The notes below the pieces were generated by a model. The model was given only the letters and a program-made list of their open reading frames with translations. It was not told the DNA's origin and searched no databases. From Squalus acanthias (taxonomy: Eukaryota), in assembly GCA_030390025.1 (NCBI GenBank), contig CM059432.1, forward strand, positions 54,128,001 to 54,192,000: a stretch of 64,000 bases of DNA, given 5' to 3'. Made by a program: the position numbers and the translations under genes. How positions within the stretch are numbered: position 1 is the stretch's first letter; each line of letters opens with the position of its first letter. Positions 12,915-25,796 of the stretch are shown here, in pieces.

Positions 12915-13700
12915 GGCCCTAGAAATTCAGGTTTATGGCCTGAATGTTGAGGCAGGAGATAGTGAAGCAGGAGGCATGTTCCTAACTCAGGGTTGATTCA
13001 AAAATTAATGCCGGCACTAAGCCCATAGTTTGCACTTACCAGCAGCTTGATGTCAGCACTTAGGCAAAGGCTTTTTTGGCCACAAATTTGTGATGGAAAC
13101 CTGTGGGTAACACTGTTTCTCCTTTTCACTCTCCTAGTGTGGAAGAAGATGCAGAGTTGGGGCCCACTTGTTTAGCGTCACCAGGCATCTCACAGGGCAC
13201 CCCGTCACTCAATCTCACTCTGGCAAGCAACAGCCCAGGTACATCATCCCCAGGGATTTCGCTAGTGACTTTAAGGGCAGCACAATGGGCAGGGTGTAGA
13301 GCACTTGTGAACAGGAACTACGTAAAGATAGTGCAGGAGGAGCAGGAAGCAGGTGTCAGAGGTTCATGCAGCAACCATCCATAGCTAATGAGGACAGGGA
13401 TTGTGACTTCCAACTTTTAAATAAAGAAGATTTTCTGTGCATTACCGGTTGTTGAAGTCATTGGGAGATCTGCCAACAAGCTTCCATCACATGGCGACTA
13501 GTATGGAGGAGTCCACAATATGCACGTGTGGTGTTCGAATGCAGTGAATAGAAACTATGCAGTTAGTCTTGAAACGTATGGCACCTTCACAGCCATCTGC
13601 AGCACAGCCCCTGATGCAAAAGCCACAATGCTAGTCTTTCTATTTCTCGTGGTTGCTTGGACATCTGCCGTAAAGGCCTTGTGCTTACTTATAAACTCTA
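12915..13700 (+). mobile_element. Degenerate Harbinger remnant with possible Myb-gene 3' exon
   Basis: Left TIR-like GGCCCTAGAAATTC; acceptor-like TCTCCTAG followed by S/T/P-rich TPSLNLTLAS segment resembling Harbinger Myb C-terminal exons. Confidence 0.4.
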
Positions 13701-13722
13701 ACTTAAATCTCTAACTTCTTGC

Positions 13723-13826
13723 AGTTCTGATGAAAGGTCATCGAGCTGAAACATTAACTTTGTTTCTCTCTCCACAGGTGCTGCCTGACCTGCTGAGTAT
13801 TTCCAGCATTTTCTGTTTTTATTTCA
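13723..13826 (+). mobile_element. Penelope-like element terminal (pLTR) fragment containing a minimal hammerhead ribozyme motif
   Basis: AGTT-CTGATGA-AAGGTCATCGAGCT-GAAA-CATT-AACT followed by GCTGCCTGACCTGCTGAGTATTTCCAGCATTTTCTG; related copies at 3931, 42060 and 54310. Confidence 0.7.
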
Positions 13827-15245
13827 TACTCTTAACAACTCTTTCTAATTTCCTAACAAGGTTTTCCATGGGGAGAAATTTCATGCTGTGGTATTGCAAT
13901 TGCAGTTTCTGATTAAATAACTGAATATGTATTATTTAATTAAGAGAATTATCTACAAGTAAGTATTTGTGGCCAAGTAAATAAAGGCTCACTGCAGCAC
14001 AGACTTCAGATTGCAGCAATGACATATGGGAAATAATGTGATGTTCTATCCCAGTTTTTGTGCGCTGTTTAGGTGTGTACTATGGTGCTTCACAGGCCAC
14101 ATATATAATCATGGAATCTTACAGCATAGAAGGAGGCCATTCGGCCCAACTTGCTTGTCCAGCTCTTTGAAAAATAACCCTGCAAATTAGTCCTCTTCAA
14201 GTACATGTCCAATTGCCTTTTGAAAGTTCCTATGGAATATACTTCCACCAGCCTTTCAGGTAGTGCACTTCAGATCTTAACAAACCTCTGTGTGAAAAAA
14301 ATTCTTCTAATTTCCCCTTTAGTTCCTTTGCCAATTATTTTAAATCTGTGACCTTTGGTTACTGACCCACTTGCCAGAAGAAACAGTTTCCCCCGACTTG
14401 CTCTATCAAAACCCCTCATAATCTTGAATGCCTCTATTAGGTCTCCCCTTAACCTTCTCTGCTTTAAGGAGAACAATTCCAGCTTCTCCAGTCTCTCCAC
14501 ATAACTGAAGACCCTCATCCCTGGTATCATCCTGGTAAACCTTCTCTGTACCCTCTCCAAGGCCTTAACATCTTTCCTAAAGTGTATTGCCCAGAATTGT
14601 ACACAATACTCCTGAGGCCTAACCAGTGGCTTGTAAAGGTTTAGCATGATTTTCATGTGTTTTGTATTCAATGCCCCTATTTACAAAGCCAAGTATCCCA
14701 TACGGTTTCTTAACCGCCTTATCAACTTGCCCTGCCACCTTCAAACATTTGTGAATATGTACCCACCAGGTCCCTCTGCTCTTGCACCCCCTCAAAATAC
14801 TACCATTTAGATTATACTGCCTCTCCATGTTGTTCCTCCCCAAATGCATCACTTCACACTTATCCACATTAAATTGCATCTGCCATGTGTCTGCCCATTT
14901 CACGAGTCTGTCTATATGCTCCTGAAGTCTGCTACTATCTTGCACGCTATTTACTATATTACCAAGTTTTGTATCATCTGCAAACTTTGAAATTATACTT
15001 CCTGGACAAAGTCCAGGTCATTTATATATCACAAGAAAAGCAATGATGCTAATAACGACCCCTGAGGGACTCCCACTGCATACTTCTCTCCAGTCAGAAA
15101 AACATCCGTTCACCACGACTCTCTGCCTCTTATCCCTTAGCCAATTCCATACCCAAGTTACCACCATCCCTTTAATACCATGTGCTTCTATTTTCTGAAT
15201 AAATCTGTTATGTGGCACTTTATTAAATGCCTTTTGAAAGTCAAT

Positions 15246-16004
15246 GGGCTATATTTTCTGATCAGAGGCTTCCTGTGTGCGGAAACATCTGATCTGGAAA
15301 AATCTACGCACTTACCTGAGGGCTCCCGAGGTGCGTACTACTTCCACTCCTGGGCCTCTCCAAACTCAAAATGCGCAGGGCCCACGTATCCCAGAGGCGC
15401 ATGCAGTTCGCAAGCGTCCCTGGGATCACATGGGCCATGGGGAGCCAATAGGAGAAAGGAATCTCCCTTCATACACTTGACAGATAGAACTGACAAATAT
15501 ATGAATGGAGATCACCCCAAAAATACAGTAAAACATTAAATAAATTTTTTAAAAAGCATCCCTTTTTTAAAATGAGTTCAAATTACATTAAATTAAATGT
15601 TTTAAACAAAAATTTAATTTTTTGAAAAAAAGAATTAAAGTTTTTTACAGGGCTAAAAATAAACTTACCTTTTTTAAAAGTATTTTTAAATGATAAATGA
15701 GTGAAAACATTTTTTTTACTTTTTTCAACTCTTATGCTAGTAAAAGCAGGCCTTATGCCTGCTTTTACCAGGCGTAAGATTTCTAAGGGTTTTCTGTGGG
15801 CGGAGGTTCTCCAGAAAGCGGAACTATCCGCCCGCAGAGGCCTTTCTCTTGGGCAGGCGTCCGATCTGTCAAGAGCATTCTTGACAGATCGGAAATGCTG
15901 GTTTTCAGCGCATGCGCTTAGCATGCCTGAAACCAGCTTTTCCGATGTCCATACGGGTGTGTACACAGCGCGTACACACCCGTAGGCATCGGAATATATG
16001 ACCC
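15246..16004. mobile_element. Harbinger-like MITE inserted in CR1 (family of 37685-38226)
   Basis: TIR GGGCTATATTTTCTGAT / ATCGGAATATATGACCC; 3-bp TSD AAT/CAT; removing it restores the CR1 sequence. Confidence 0.85.
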
Positions 16005-16195
16005 CATATATACAACATCTCTTCGACTAACTTTATCAACCCTCTCTGTCACTTCATCAAACAACAATCAGGTTAGTCAGACACAATTGGCTGTAAACAA
16101 ATCTGTGCTGGCTGTCCTTTATTAACCCATGCTTCACTAAGTGAGAATTAATTTTGTCCTTGACACTGGTCTCTAGTAGTTTCCCCACCACTGAC

Positions 16196-19100
16196 CAATG
16201 ACATGGGTAGAAAGAGGGATGAGGTCCTGCAACAAGAATTTAGGGAGCAAGGTAGCAGATTAAAAAGCAGGACCTCAAAGGTTGTAATCTCTGGATTACT
16301 CCCGGTGCCACGTATAGGAATAGGAGTATAGGGCAGATGAATGCGTGCCTAAAGAGTTGGTGCAGGAGGGAGGGCTTTAGTTTCCTGGATCACTGGGTCT
16401 GCTTCTGGGGAAGGTGGGACCTGTACAAATCGGACGGGTTGCACCTGAACCAGAACGGGACCAACATCCTTGCGGGGAGGTTTGCTAGTACTGTTGGGGG
16501 GGGGTTTAAACTAACTTGGCAGGGGGATGGGATACGGAGTGGAGCTATAGAAGGGGGTAATGCAGAGCCGAATATAGAGGAAAAAACAAGTCAGCCTGGA
16601 AGGCAGAGCAAATATGTAATGGCACAAGGGAGTATGGCAAGGCTGGATGGCATTTATTTTAATGCAAGGAGTCTTGCGAGTAAGGCAGATGAATTGAAGG
16701 TGTTGATGAGCACATGGGAGTATGATATTGTTGCTATCACAGAGACATGGTTGAGGGAGGGGCAGGACTGGCAGCTCAATATTCCGGGGTATGGAATCTT
16801 CAGGTGAGACAGAGGGGGGTGTAAAAGAGTGGGGGTGTTGCAATATTAATCAAGGAGTCAATTACTGCTGTAAGGAAGGATGATATCTTAGTAGGTTCCT
16901 CTAATGAGGCCATATGGGTAGAACTTAAAAACAAAAAGGGGCAAGCACTTTGCTGATAGTGTACTATAGGCCCCCAAACAGTCAGGGGGAGATAGAGGAA
17001 CACATATGTAGGTAAATCTCAGAGAGGTGTAGAAATAATAGGGTAATAATAGTAGGGGATTTCAACTTCCCCAATATTAACTGGGATAGTCAGAGTGTGA
17101 AAGGCTTAGAGGGTGAGGAATTCTTAAAGTGCATCCAGGAGAGCTTTTTGAGCCAGCATGTAGAAAGTCCTACAAGAGAGGGGGCGGTACTGGACCTAAT
17201 TCTAGGGAATGTAGCCAGGCAAGTAGTAGAAGTGTTAGTAGGAGAGCATTTTGGTGACAGTGACCATAATTCGGTGAGATTTAAGGTAGTCATGGAAAAG
17301 GACAAAGATGGACCGGAAATAAAGGTTCTAAATTGGGGGAAGGCCGATTTTAATATGATAAGGCAGGATCTGGCCAAAGTGGACTGGGATCAACTACTTG
17401 TAGGAAAATCCACATCAGAGCAGTGGGAGTCTTTCAGAAAGGAAATAGAGAGAGTACAATGGCAACATGTTCCCGTAAAGGTCAAGGGTGGGACCAACAA
17501 GCCCAGGGAACCCTGGATGTCAAGGGATATACGAGAATGGATTAGGAAAAAAAGGGAGGCTTTTGGCAGATACAAAGGACCAAAAACAGTGGAAGCCCTA
17601 GAGAAGTATAGAAAGTGCAGGGTGGTACTTAAAAAATAAATTAGGAGAGCAAAGAGGGGGCATGAAATAACACTGGCGGGCAAAATAAAGGAAAATCCCA
17701 AGGTGTTTTATAAGTATATTAAGGGCAAGAGGATAACCAGGGAAAGAGTAGGGCCCATTAGGGACCAAAGTGGCAATCTGTGTGTAGAGCCAGAAGATGT
17801 AGGTGGGGTTTTAAATGAATATTTTGCATCTGTGTTCACGATGGAGAAGGACGATATAGGCATAGAAATCAGTCAGGGGGATTGTGATATACTTGAACAA
17901 ATTAGTATTGAGAGGGAGGAGGTACAACAGTTTTAGCGGGCTTAAAAGTGGATAAATCCCCAGGCCCAGACGAGATGTATCCCAGGCTGCTGTGTGAGGC
18001 AAGGGAGGAGATTGCAGGGGCTCTGACACAAATTTTCAGAACCTCTCTGGCCACAGGGGAGGTGCCAGAGGACTGGAGAACAGCTAACGTAGTACCATTA
18101 TTCAAGAAGAGTAGTAGGGATAAACCAGGGAATTACAGGCCAGTGAGCCTAACATCAGTGGTAGGGAAATTATTGGAAAAAATTCTGAGGGACAGAATTA
18201 GTCTCCACTTGGAGAGGCAACGATTAATCAAGAATAGTCAGCATGGCTTTGTCAGGGGGAGATAATGTCTGACCAATTTGATTGAATTTTTTGAGGGGGT
18301 GACTAGGTGTGTGGATGAGGGTAGTGCAGTTGAAGTGGTCTACATGGACTTCAGTAAGGCTTTTGACAAAGTCCCACATGGGAGACTGGTCAAGAAGGTA
18401 AGAGCCCATGGGATCCAGGGCAACTTGGCACATTGGATCCAAAATTGGCTTAGTGGCAGGAGGCAGAGGGTGATGGTCGAAGGTTGTTTTTGTGACTGGA
18501 AGCCTGTGTCCAGTGGTGTACCGCAGGGATCGGTGCTGGGTCCTTTGCTGTTTGTAGTGTACATTAATGATTTAGATATGAATGTAGGAGGTATGATCAG
18601 TAAGTTCGCAGATGACACAAAAATTGGTGGAGTGGTAAATAGTGAGGAGGGAAGTCTCAGGCTACAGGACGATATAGACAGGGTTGGTCAGATGGGCAGA
18701 ACAGTGGCAAATGGAATTTAATCCTGAAAAGTGTGAGGTGATGCATTTTGGGAGGACTAACAAGGCAAGGGAATACACAATGAATGGTAGGACACTAGGA
18801 AGGACAGAGGATCAGAGGGACCTTGGTGTGCATCTACATAGATCCCTGAAGGCAGCAGGACAGGTAGATAAGGTGTTTAAAAAGGCATATGGGATACTTG
18901 CCTTCATTAGCCGAGGCTTAGAATAAAAGAGCAGGGAGGTTATGATGGAGCTGTACAAAACGCTAGTTAGGCCACAGCTGGAATACTGTGTGCAGTTCTG
19001 GTCACCACACTATAGGAAGGATGTGATTGCATTGGAGAGGGTGCAGAGGAGATTCACCAGGATGTTACCTGGGCTGCAGCGCTTCAGCTATGAAGAGAGA

Positions 19101-19517
19101 CTAGACAGGCTGGGGTTGTTTTCCTTAGAGCAGAGAAGGCTGAGGGGGGACCTGATTGAGGTGTACAAAATTATGAGGGGCATAGATAGAAAGGAACTTT
19201 TCCCCTTAGTAGAGGGGTCAATAACCAGGGGGCATACTTTCAAGGTAAGGGGCAGGAGGTTTAGAGGGGATTTGAGGAAAAACTTTTTCACCCAGAGGGT
19301 GGTTGGAATCTGCAACTCACTGCCTGAAAGGGTGGTAGAGGCAGAAACCCTCACAACATTCAAGAAGCATTTAGATGAGCACTTGAAACGCCATAGCATA
19401 CAAGGCTATGGGCCAAGTGCTGGAAAATGGGATTAGAATAGACAGGGCTTGATGGCCGGCGCGGACACGATGGGCCGAAGGGCCTCTTTCTGTGCTGTAT
19501 AACTCTATGACTCTATG
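16196..19517 (+). mobile_element. CR1 LINE, 5'-truncated: ORF1 SGNH-esterase tail plus nearly complete ORF2 (APE and RT) with stops and frameshifts
   Basis: DGLHLN esterase motif; YFNARS, ETWL, SDH, PQGSVLGP and FADD motifs; (CTCTATGA)n tail; TSD ACTGAC (16190-16195, 19518-19523). Confidence 0.97.
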
Positions 19518-20242
19518 ACTGACGTTAGACTGACTGGCCTGTAGTTACCAGTTTATCCCTTTCCCATTTTTTGAACAGGGGTGTAACATTTGCAATCCTC
19601 CAGTCCTCTGGCAACATTCCTATATCCAAGGAGGATTGAAAGATTGTGGTCAGAGCTCCTGCTATCACCACCCCAGCTTCCCTCAGCAACCTTTGATGCA
19701 TCCCATCTGAACCGGGTGACTTGTTAACTTTGAGTGATGCCAACCTATTTAGCACCTTCTTTCTATCTATTTTTATCCTGTCCAATATTTCTACTCCCTC
19801 CTCCTCTATTGTGACATTAACTTCATCCTCTTCTTCTGTGAAGACAGGTGTGAAGTACTCATTCAGTACCTCAGTCATACCCTCTGCCTCCACAAGAAGA
19901 TTCCTTTTATTGTCCCTAATCAGCCCCACCATTCCCTTAACTCTCCTTTTACTTTTTATATGTTTATGAAAGATTTTTCGGTTCCCTTTTAAGTTACCCG
20001 CTAATCTTTTCTCATACTCTCTTTTTGCCCTTCTTATATCCTTTTTCAATTTCCCCCTGCACTCTCTGTCTTCTGCCTTGTTTTCAACTGTATTCTGTAC
20101 CTGAGATTTGTCATAAACCTCCTTTTACTGTTTTAGTGCTACTTAAAGGCAGCCTGCACCTCTTAAAGCGGAGGTGCATTGTAGCTGCAAAAAGTGATGG
20201 GAGTCATTTCAAAAGTGAATCTGTGCTGTGATACTTTGAGGA

Positions 20243-20856
20243 ATGGCTGAACATGTGAGAGAGCGAGCACCAAGGTTTTCAGATGCTGCAATGGAGGTCT
20301 TGGTACAAGACATGGAGAGAAGGAGAGACATCCTGTATCTGCAGGGGGCGGGGGGAGGGGGCAGGAGGTCCTCCAGACATATGTTCAGGAGGTAGTGGGA
20401 AGAAGTAACGGCAGAGGTCAATGCCAGGAGTGTAGTTCCAAGAACATGGAGGCAGTAGAGGAAAAAGTTTAATGATCTCACACGAGGTGAGTGAGTTTAT
20501 CTTCAAATGGCATATTCTCCCAACTACACCACTAGCCTCATCCACTGCTCAATTCTCTACACCACCATCACCCACCTACCTCTATCAATCAGTACTTAAC
20601 CCTTCAAATCATATGCTTTATCTTATCCTCACACTCTTAGCACTGTTGCAAGCCGTGCACCCACAACCTACAGCTTGCATACACTGGCAGCAGTTCACCA
20701 TGAGAGCCACATCACTCAAACATGTTGCAGGACACTCATTGACACACTTCCCTCTTCCTTGCAGGAGAAGATGGGGAATAACAGGAGGCAGCAGGAAAGA
20801 ACTGGAGAAGATCAAATGCGCCTGCATGTTTTAACCACTATGGAGGAGACAGTGCA
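20243..20856 (+). pseudogene. Harbinger Myb/SANT-like DNA-binding gene, exon 1 (20243-20486), intron, exon 2 (from 20765)
   Basis: MAEHVRERAPRFSDAAMEVLV...WEEVTAEVNARSVVPRTWRQ*RKKFNDLTR, donor GTGAGT, acceptor TTCCTTGCAG, then EKMGNNRRQQERTG; frameshift and stops. Confidence 0.85.
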
Positions 20857-20879
20857 AGCCATGCACGAAGCATTCGCAA

Positions 20880-23605
20880 CCGTGGCTAACAAGAGAAATT
20901 AAAGATAGAATTAGATTAAAGGAAAAGGCTTATAAAGTTGGCAAAAAGAGTAGTAAGCCTAAGGATTGGGAGGATTTTAGAAGTCAGCAAAGGAGGACCA
21001 AGAAATTGATAAAGAAATGGAAAATAAAATGAGAGTAAACTAGCGAGAGACATAAAAACAGACTGTAAAAGCTTCTATCGGTATGTAAAAAGGAAAAGAG
21101 TTGCAAAAGTAAACATGGGTCCCTTACAGGCTGAGATAGGAGAAATTATAATGGGGAATAAGGAATTGGCAGTGAAATTAAACAAATACTTTTTGTCTGT
21201 CTTCACTGTAAGACATTTAAGTTCACCCTTGTCCTTTAACCCGTCCAACAGTTTCCAAATTTCAGACCCATGGAACAGACAACACCAAACACAGGGATTC
21301 GAGAATAACTTTCTTTTTACTTAAATTCAGCAAGAGGTTACAAGTAAGCTCACACAAAACTGTTGCATATAATACTCCTGATTATATCTAAGCATTCACA
21401 GGTATATTCCCTAACTTTAATCTCAAATGATTACAAGCCAACACTACATACATACTAAAACCAGTGAGTGGTCAGTTCGGCGATGGCTAGACGTACAACT
21501 TTAACTGGCAACTGACCAAGTTGCCTTCCCCGACTGCAGCAGCCCCGAGTGTCTTAAAACAACATCTCTTATACCCTAAAAACCTGGGCAGGCTCTTCAA
21601 TGCGTATGTGTCCCAAACTGTGTGATGAATGGTCGGCGGTTGTTTTCCTCTTCTTATCAGTGGACCCTAAAGCCCTTCACACCTTTTGCCTGAAGATGTT
21701 CCTGTCTTTGTAACGCCCAACCGTTTGTTCCTGCTCAGGGTCTGTCGCTTCCTTATCTGATTAACAGCTTTCGTACAAAGTTCCCACAGGAACCAATCGC
21801 TCAGCCTCCCGAAGCATCTGGGATATTAAATTTGGTCAACTTTTTAAGTTTGGTCAAGTTATAGCAAATTCTTACAGCAAATGGCTTATTCTTACATCAC
21901 AGAAGAAGAAGCAAAACCCTCCCGGAAATAGTGGAGAACCAAGGATCTAGCGAGAATGAGGGACTGAAAGAAATTAGTATTAGTAAAAAAATAGTACTGG
22001 AGAAATTAATGGGACTAAAAGCCGATAAAACCCATGGACCTGATGGCCGACATCCTTGGGTTTTAAAAGAGGTGGCTATAGAGATAATGGATGCACTGGT
22101 TGTCATCTTCCATAGATTCTAGAATGGTTCCCGCGGATTGGAAGGTAGCAAATGTAACCCCACTATTGAAGAAAGTTGGGAGAGAGAAAATGAGGAAATA
22201 CAGACTAGTTAGCCTGACATCAGTAGTAGGGAAAATGCTAGAATCTATTATTAAGGACATGTGAACAGGGCACTTAGAAAATAATAATAGGATTGGGTAG
22301 AGTCAACATGGATTTATGAAAGGGAAATCATGTTTGATGATCCTGTTAGAGTTTTTTGAGGTTGTAACTAGCAGAATAGATAAGGGGGAACCAGTGGATG
22401 TAGTGTATTTGGATTTTCAGAAGGCATTCGATAAGGTGCCACACAAAAGGTTATTAAACAAAATTAGGGCTCATGGTATTGGGGGTAATATATTAGCATG
22501 GTTTGAGGATTGGTTAATGGACAGAAAACAGAGAGTAAGAATAAACGGGTCATTTTCGATTTGGCAGGCTGTAACTAGTGGGGTACCGCAAGGATCAGTG
22601 CTTGGGCCTCAGCTATTCACAATCTATATCAATGATTTGGATGAGGGGACTAAAGTTAATATATCCAAGTTTGCTGATGATACAAAGCTAGGCGGGAATG
22701 TAAGTTGTGAGGAGGTTGCAAAGAGGCTGCAAGGGGATATAGGCAGGTTAGGCGAGTGGGCAAGAATATGGCAAATGGAATATAAAGTGGAGAAATGTGA
22801 AGTTATCCTTTTTGGTAGGAAAAATAGAAAAGCAGAGTATTTTTTAAATGGTGAGAGATTGGGAAATGTTGGTGTTCAAAGGGACCTGGGTGTCCTTGTA
22901 CACGAATCACTGAAAGTTGACATGCAAGTACAGCAAGCAATTAGGAAAACAAATGGTATGTTGGCCTTTATTACAAGAGGATTTGAATATAAGAGTAAAG
23001 ACATCTTACTGCAATTATATGGGGCCCTGGTGAGACCACACCTAGTATTGTGTACAGTTTTGGTCTCCTTACCTAAGGAAGGATATACTTGCCATAGAAG
23101 GAGTGCAACGAAGGTTCACCAGACTGATTCCTGGGGTGGGAGGATTGTCCTATGAGGAGAGATTGAGTAGACTAGGCCTATATTCTCTAGAGTTTAAAAG
23201 AATGAGGGGTGATCTCATTGAAACATACAAAATTCTTACAGGGCTTGACAGGGTAGATGCAGGGAGGATGTTTCCCCTGGCTGGGGAGTCTAGAACCAGG
23301 GGTCACAATCTCAGAATAAGGGGCCGGTCATTTAGGACTGAGATGAGGAGAAATTTCTTCACTCAGAGGGTGGTGAATCTTTGGAATTCTCTACCCCAGA
23401 GAGCTGTGGATGCTCAGTCGTTGAGTATATTCAAGACAGAGATCGATAGATTGTTGTATATTAAGGGAATCAAAGGATATGGGGATAGTGTAGGAAAGTG
23501 GAGTTGAGGTCGATGATCAGCCATGATCTTACTGAATGGCAGAGCATACTCGAGCGGCCGAATGGCCTGCTCCTGCTTCTATTTCTTATGTTCTTATGTT
23601 CTTAT
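20880..23605 (+). mobile_element. CR1 LINE (RT domain to 3' tail)
   Basis: ORFs 22316-23155 and 23103-23507 (YLDFQKAFDKV, PQGSVLGP, FADD, RMRGDLIETYKI); (TTCTTATG)n tail. Confidence 0.97.
21207..21896 (-). mobile_element. Solo LTR (690 bp, ERV or Gypsy type) inserted in CR1
   Basis: Ends TGTAAGA...TCTTACA; 4-bp TSD TCAC (21203-21206, 21897-21900); minus-strand TATA-like GGTATAAGAG; orientation inferred. Confidence 0.85.
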
Positions 23606-25796
23606 CATGAAGAAATAATCCAGCAAATAACCTGTAAGTAGGTCATGATCCCTTTAAATAGCGCTGGCGGGGGCGGGTGGGGGGCCTTCATTCTGTTTAA
23701 CATCGTGTTCAGCTGCGCAAGATTAAGACAGGGCATTGGCTGGAGTGGGGATTTGGAAAATGGCAGCAGTGTCTTCAAATCAGCATTACGTACTGATTCG
23801 TGTTATCATCTACCTGCTCTGCATTTGGCCAGCGGTCGTTAGGCATGCGCGTGCAAACCCTTTTACCAAGATGGCATCCTGCGCATTTCCCATCAGAAGT
23901 GTGCGCATGCATTTCTGACCCCATTTTCAAGTTGTATGTGGCCGCGTAGCACCTAAACACGGGCACTACACGGCCCAATTTAGCTCCCAACAACCACAGC
24001 AAATAAACCCACTAACCTCGAAAGACATTAACCACTAAAAATACAAGCCAATAAAAACACTGACCACTAAAATCACTGACCAATAAACTAAATACTTGTG
24101 ATGTAACTTTTTGATTTTCTGTCTGGCTAGGCTCACCGCTTCTCTCTCGACTGCTCCTATATACTGTTGCCGCTGGGGGCGGGGGGCGGTGGTGGGTTCC
24201 CGTGGTTGTGGTGTCCCAGGGAATGTGCAATATCTAGGTGCAAAACAGAGGAAAACAGGACGGAGACCTGTGTTGTTGGCTCTCTGGCCCCTTTGTGTTG
24301 CCTCAGGATTCCAGTGGTTTCCCTCTTGGGTGGACAGAGTGTTTGCACAGGAGGCATTTAAGTGAGGTGAGAATGGTGCGAGGGCTCCTTCTGCTGACTT
24401 TTCCTGTCTCTGAGCAGGGGTCTGAACAGGTCCTGGGTACCAACTGGCGGAGCTAAAACAGAGATAAGTTACTTCCTTTTCAGCAGCACTAAGGAAAGGA
24501 TGGGGCGGAAAGACGTCTGGCTGTTGTTTCTGGACATTAGACAGAAAAATCCACAGCCAGCAGCCATTACCCATGCCTCAGGCCTGCAGCACACACACAT
24601 ACTTTCAGACACTAGTCCCTGCCAGGGGATCGACCAAATAATTTTTAGGACTGATCCTGGAAAGCAGGACATGTTCAAGTCACATCAGGCAGAGTGCACT
24701 TCAGGTGTATTCCACCTGACTAGCACCCAGACAAAGGAGGGGAAGAAAATCTGCCTCACTCAGTAGGACGCAACTACTCAAAAGTATGCTTGATCTCTGT
24801 CAATAAATATTTTTTAATTAACTGATAATTTGCAAAAGACTCCTTTTGATGGTGGAGATCAAAAGGATCTCAATTACCTCAGATATCCGTAAGAAGCAGT
24901 ATGCCCCATAGTGAGATAGTTACATTTCATTTGAGCCGGCACATTAATATTGGTACCATTATATCCTAGAATGCCATTATAATTTCACAGCTGTTTAACT
25001 AATATGAATGCTTCTGGTTATCAGCATGTCAGAGCCATGTTTATTGCACAGTTACAGCAATTTACAGCGACACTGCAGGATGTGTAGCTTGGAGATGACC
25101 ACACGCAGAGTTGCAGTAATTTTTTTTTACCACTTAATGCCACTTCGTCTGATGCGGTCGCGATTCCCTTTTCAGCAGGGATGTGAGTGGGGAAGCTGGA
25201 TCTCAATGTTCACTCATATTGCTGTGCAGTTAAGGAAGGCTGCGTTCCACACATGTACTCAAACATGTACACCGAATGCTGCTTGCTTGGCTAGGGAGAC
25301 ATTTTTAATACCAGGTCAGGCAAGGTAAGAGAAGTCAGCAGCACCTTGGAAAAATGCATGTTAGTCATTTTCAGTGATCGTCCCTCACTCTTTGTTAAAG
25401 TGAGTGAATTGCTTGGCACGAAAGCCCTGAAAACAATACAGTGCCTTTTATACCCCCAGTCTTCACACAGGAGTGTTTCTTTCCCCACAACTTTACATTT
25501 AATCACCCCAACTAAAGCCCTACATGGACTCTTATTGCACGATGCATACATTTTTTTTATCACATTCATTATGGGCTGCTTGCTGACACCTTGCTGCTTG
25601 CAGACGCCAATGGTACCTAAAGTTAATTCCAGCTCTTTCCATTATTTTTATAGGAAAAGACAGCCCATAATAACAAGGTGGAAGAAGTCAAAGTGGCAAA
25701 CTCCCTGCCCTTTCCCCCTCTACAAGCAGGAAGTCCTTGCAATCCTGGAAAAGGAGATTATAGAGGAGTCAGAGACGGGGAAGTAAGAGTGTGGGT

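Larger units (their letters stand above)
14107..20130 (-). mobile_element. CR1 LINE (RT domain to 3' tail), degenerate host of two insertions
   Basis: Minus ORFs 14270-14671, 14619-14945, 15018-15218 and 19525-20049 (KSPGSDGMH, PEDWRIANVTPLFKK, LYKPLVRP, RRLRGDLIE). Confidence 0.95.
20130..23988 (+). mobile_element. Harbinger element remnant (Myb gene and right TIR) interrupted by a CR1
   Basis: Myb exons at 20243-20856; right end CCCAATTTAGCTCCC ending at 23988. Confidence 0.75.

Noticed and set aside
15583..15966. Repeated ORF AENQHFRSVKN, also at 37712-37963
   Set aside because: Similarity reflects two copies of one non-coding MITE; frames and stops are not conserved
16196..19517. Intact active CR1 or prokaryotic RT system (retron, DGR, group II intron)
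   Set aside because: Multiple stops and frameshifts, 5' truncation; motifs and tail are CR1 type
24035..24574. 179-aa minus ORF
   Set aside because: No recognisable domain or splice structure
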